Part shown: positions 55,561-64,000 of the stretch, one piece after another
Position numbering within the stretch: the first letter of the stretch is position 1
How the letters are laid out: every line of letters begins with the position of its first letter
Assembly: GCA_002269645.1 (NCBI GenBank)
Contig: NIVC01002767.1
Location: 78,205-142,204 of the forward strand
Direction of reading: 5' to 3'
DNA: 64,000 nt
Source of the DNA: Macrostomum lignano
Taxonomy: Eukaryota
Notes under the pieces: generated by a model
Seen by the model: only the letters and a program-made list of their open reading frames with translations
Database searches by the model: none
What the model was told of the DNA's origin: nothing
Made by a program: the position numbers and the translations under genes

Positions 55561-57719
55561 CTATTAAATACTAGGCCTATCAAATATAGATACCTCACCT
55601 AATTTAAAAAAGCATTGTATTTAAAGTTTATTTTAGAGACTCAAAATCAAGAATTTTTGTTGAGTAGTTAAGTAGTCAAAAATTACTTTTTAAAAATATT
55701 TTTTCGTAGAAACACTACACATACAGAACAAATAAAGTTCTTTTCTAATTCATTTGGACTTCTTTCAATAAGGCATCAAATTCCTAACCTAGAATAATTA
55801 TTTAAATTTTTATTTTGAATCCTATAGACATCTACATGTTTGACAAAATAAGCAAATGACTATTTGATGAAAAGGCTTTTAAAAAACTATCCATACATAT
55901 TGAACTAGTAGCATTTGCCATGGTAAAAAGTTGTTTATATATAGGGCACTGAATAATTTTTTACTTGTAATATAGTTTCCCTATAATGAACAGTGATTGG
56001 TTTACATTTATAATGATTAGATAAACTTTCAAAAGTGTTTAAGCATTCTTAATAAAAATAACAAATAAATAAAGTGAAAAAAAATTTGCATATATTGCTA
56101 TATTTAAATCTTATATTATATATAATATTTAATTTAAATATATTTCAGTATATATTTATGGCTTTTTTCCTGATCTTTATTATACTCGAGGCCTAATATC
56201 TAAAAATATTAAAACTTCTCAAAAATATACTGCTTAGACCATAAAGTATTCTTTCTATTTTTAGTCTTAGAGTTTTTTGTTTGCAATTTTAATGCAAATT
56301 TGAGTTTGTGCACTGATATCACTGGCAAAAAAAATATTTCTATGGCCAAAATTAGTTATGAACTCTAGGGCTTCAAAGAGAGAGGTTTGGGGTTAGAAAT
56401 ATTTTGCTACTAAGCTTAAGCTACAAATACTGCGAATAAAGTGCTTTTTACTTAAAAATGGCTAGTAGATGAACTTCTGCCCAAACATAAGCATGGATTA
56501 GGGTGCAAGTCATTAGCAGACAAAATGTTTTCTCTTTTAAAAAATATTCGTCTGCTAGGAAATGGGGGTTGGGGGATATGGAATGGGTGGGGAGCTGCCT
56601 AATGCACAACCTCTTCATTAACCTCTTCATACTCCTTTTGGCTTATGCCTGAACCACATATTTGGTGCTTATTGACTACAGTCATCACATTTAAAAGCTT
56701 GCTGTTGACCATGGTCAGGAAGGTGCAGCGTGTGCGCCGGAATAACATCCATCAAAATTTTTGTTGTGCGCCGCGTGCGCCGAGAAAAAAAAATTACTTG
56801 TGCGCCATGCGCTGAGAAAAATACACTTAAAAAAGCACCATCAAGTATTAAGTATCTAAATTGAATCAATACCAATGGAAGTTCAAGCAGTTCAATCATA
56901 GCTTCTATTTGCAAAATATAAGCAAAAAGACGCAACAAAAGCCGCGAAAGGCGCAAATTTGTTAAGTTTGTTAAGTCAATTAATGAAATTTGAAATAGAA
57001 ACAACATTGGAAATAACGACTATCGTATCGACTATCGTTTATTTTATTGATTGATTGACATTTAATATACAATATCATTATTATATTGTCACGTACACTG
57101 ACGTACCTTGTGCGCCATGCGCCGAGCCATGCACCGATGCACCGAGCCATGCGCCGATGCGCCGAGCCCATGCGCGCGGCGCAGTGAAGTGTGCGCCGTG
57201 CGCCGGCAAATTGCTGATTTGCGCCGGAAAATTCCGAGGATTCTACCGTCTTCCTGGCTGTGGGCTGTTGAGTGCTTACACACTCTATAAACAATAGGCC
57301 TATAGGTCAATGTCTTGCATCCGAAAAATTTGAATAAGATTATAAGAATAAATATTTGCTGATATTTTATCTTTATCAAATTTTTAACAGTTTTCATTCC
57401 ATTGTTTTTTAGTTAAGCTTTCTTATTTTAGGTTTATATTGTAAAATAGTTTGTTAAAATGATGGAAAACCCCTATATGTAGCTCTATAACATTAACAAT
57501 GTTAATGGACAAAGAAGAATTGTTGGGCTATTAGGCAGCTCCTTAGTCCCCACCCTACTCTTCATCTCTACCCCATTTCGCAGCAGATGAACAGTTTTTA
57601 GAAGGAAAGGGCATTTTGTGACTTGTCTACTTAGCAGATGAACTGTCAGCAGACAAATGAACTGGAAACCCATGGATTGTACCCCCCTCAAGAGGTTCAC
57701 CTAGCCCTTTCCTTGAACT

Positions 57720-58440
57720 AACAAATATGAATGTCACCAAAACAGTAGGAAAATAAATGTCAACAAAAACATAAAATAAAACATTTCTTTCCAGCCAACG
57801 CGTTTTGTCAAACACAAGACATCGCCAGGGTAAATTCAACTAACCTTAATTTTCAGCACCAATATATTTAAGCAAAACAAACTGCACAGTCCAAAGGCAA
57901 GTCAAAACAGTCCAGTAGAATTTCAAAAGTGCCAAGTACATAACAAAGCTTTTTAGCCAATGTTCCCTAGCTCTAGTGTGCAGGTGTCGCTTTGTTTTTC
58001 CAATGTAGGAAATGCTCTGATCCTCAGAGCAGCGAAATTGGTAAACAACACCAGCCTTTAGAGCAAGTGGAACAGCTGACTTGAGCCTGCTAGCATAGCA
58101 ACCAATCTTTTCAGTGCGAAAAACAATCCTAACAGTGCACTTAAGCCATTTGTTAAATGTTTTCTCAAGTTTTTTCATGAAGTCAAGCGAAACGTTACCA
58201 AAAAATGGGAGAACCAATAGAGCGTCCCAAGAATCTATCTCCGATTGCCTAGACCGGACTGTTTTGACCTGCCTTTGGACTGTACAGTTTGTTTTGCTTA
58301 AATATATTGGTGCTGAAAATTAAGGTTAGTTGAATTTGCCCTGACGACGTCTTGTGTTTGACAAAACACGTTGGCTAAAAAGAAAAATTTTATTTGATGT
58401 TTTTGTTGACGTTTATTTTTTCCTACTATTTGTTAGATGA
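57720..58440 (-). mobile_element. 5'-truncated Penelope-like element: GIY-YIG endonuclease fragment flanked by inverted copies of its 3' end
   Basis: ORF 58217-57846 contains LPFFG...GVVYQFRCSEDQSISYIGKTKRHLHTRAREH (GIY-YIG). Segment ~57720-57920 is the reverse complement of ~58250-58440. Confidence 0.85.
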
Positions 58441-60507
58441 GCTACACTTCTACAGTCACCAAAACACTTCTAAAATTTTGGCAAATGAAAATATTCATTT
58501 TTGGAAAGTAAAAAAGCAACAGCTAAAAATGTGCATTGATACAGTGAGTTTAACAAACTAGGCCTATTCTGTAGGATAGCCACCTACTCCTAGCCCTAGG
58601 CCTAGCCTAACTTCATCAATATTATATATATTCAATAATGCAAGCCTTTGGAATTTCTTATTGTTTTTTTTGCATTTTAATGAAAACTAGCTAGCCTAGC
58701 ATTCCTAAAACTGTAGTCGTAGAACGCAAAAGGTATAGGCCTTGCAGCCCTAGGCTTAGCATAAACAAAATACAGATCAAAGTAGAAAAATTAGTAGTAT
58801 ACTAGTAATTCAGTATATACTTGGTAGAGTAATTTTTTCTCGCTTTTAAAATTGTATTTTTAATTTTTAATAATTAAATAATAACGATGTGGAATCAGTG
58901 GAATGATAAAATGAATCAAATAAAAGATACAGAAGCATACGCAGTTGTCACTTGTCAGTCAGTCAATAAAAAATTAATCAGACAACCTTGTTGTTCGTTT
59001 CAAAATTCAGCGCAGGTTTTACGAAAATAACAAAATTTAGATTTAAAACCATCCAAAAAATAATATTTGTCTTTAATTACAGGTTCCAACGAGTAGCACA
59101 ATACATTCTTGCATTCAAAAGTGTAAGACTTGATTTGCATTCTCTTACTTATACTTACTTTACTTCTAGTCTTTTCACGAAAGATTGATTCCAGAACCTG
59201 AATTATTGCGATTCCAGAACCAGGATCGGTAGGAAAAGCATCGAACCTACTTTAAATATTTGTCAGTCTACAAGTGTAATTTTGTCTTTCTTTGACTTTC
59301 TATTTCCTCCTGGATATGACAAAAACTCTGATATAATATTCATAATAAAAATTGACGATTTCAAATTATTATATTTTTATATACTGTTTCAACGGAAAAG
59401 CAGCTGCCAAAATATTTCGATTCAAATTCTAGAACCACAACACGTTTCTGGAACCGATTCTGAAAACGGAACAGGCAAGAGGCAATATGAAAAGCAGCTC
59501 CAAACCGGTTCTGGAACTGGTAATATACATGTATGAATTAAGCCAATTATCTATTCCACGTACTTGTACATGTACGACGACGCTGCTTTTCCGTTGTTGC
59601 TGATACCCATTAGCAAGGGCTTCTTAAATAGCGGCCCTTGAGAAGCCTGACGGTAGACAGACATAGCGTGCCACCCATGTTTCCCGGGAAAGTATACAGA
59701 GTGATCGCTATAACATGTCATAAAAGTCTGCCGTGGCAAAAGATGAAGCCGATCGACTATGGGCGCGCTAATCTACATGTAGAGAAAAAGTTGTCCGTAT
59801 TGATCTCCGTACTGATTGTACATGCATCTGAGTTTATGATGCCATTTTAGTGCAGTAAAATAGGGTTGGATTACCAAAACAACACAGACTATTAGAATTA
59901 TTTCAAATAAATGCATCCAGTTGCAATGATTTGCGCCGCATCTACCATACATGTACATGCTCAGGTTGTCACACAAGTACATTTACATGTACTCAAGGTA
60001 TAACTATACTCTCTGGCTGTGAGACACCACACACTGTAGAAGAAAACACTAATGGCTGTGACATCGTACATGTACTTACTCAAACTCATAAACACTAATG
60101 GCTGTGACATCGTACATGTACTTACTCAAACTCATAAACACCGGGTATTGTTTCCGGCAGTTTTGTATGACGACTGAGTTGAGCAAATTACAGGAAACGC
60201 GAGTGGCATAAACTGATGCACTTGGCATAACGCATCAGAGGGCCAAATGTTTCATTAAACATTTGCTGGCATCGATAACCATCCGACTGGTGATTGACAG
60301 CTCTTCCTAGTTATAGATTGGTTGTCAGCCAACGATAGAATGCCAATAGTAGATCTCTATCCATGGATCCATTGCTCCGCAGTGTCCAATCAGAGCTGGG
60401 GGGGGGTTCAACCGGATTTAAACAGTCACCAAAGCCTAGACAAAAATTGAAACTCTCAGTCCGATCGCAGCAGAGTTCCTACAGCAGCTCACAGACAGAC
60501 GGTCGAA

Positions 60508-64000
<3,493 letters not shown>

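Noticed and set aside
60363-60507. ATG 60363 as the DEG/ENaC start
   Set aside because: That frame lacks the HG motif; the ATG at 60508 in the shifted frame gives the canonical N-terminus. A second compensating indel cannot be excluded.

Overview
Eukaryotic (metazoan) genomic DNA. It has GC-rich exons, GT/GC-AG introns and a different minisatellite in almost every larger intron and spacer. This style is reminiscent of the flatworm Macrostomum lignano, which is an inference and was not searched. From ~53.8 kb down to the left edge lie eleven consecutive minus-strand genes with only ~1.1-2.4 kb between one stop codon and the next start: PSME3IP1/FAM192A, LZTR1, MFSD14/HIAT1, two divergent mitochondrial SSB-like OB-fold paralogs, SLC25A32, a 3-domain gelsolin/severin, VPS51, ORC3, RPL35A and a partial type-I membrane receptor-like gene. 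Most starts sit just behind a splice acceptor. VPS51 has no genomic in-frame ATG but has a phase-0 acceptor exactly at its expected N-terminus, which suggests a long trans-spliced operon in which the flatworm spliced-leader AUG supplies the start codon. An AT-rich, transposon-littered spacer with Penelope remnants (54-60 kb) separates the array from a divergently transcribed plus-strand DEG/ENaC channel gene carrying a 1-nt frameshift. An inverted CORE-SINE pair and an orphan PIP-box ORF lie at 6.4-7.6 kb. Most long ORFs in the supplied track are tandem-repeat artefacts. Exon boundaries were read by hand, and repeat boundaries are approximate.
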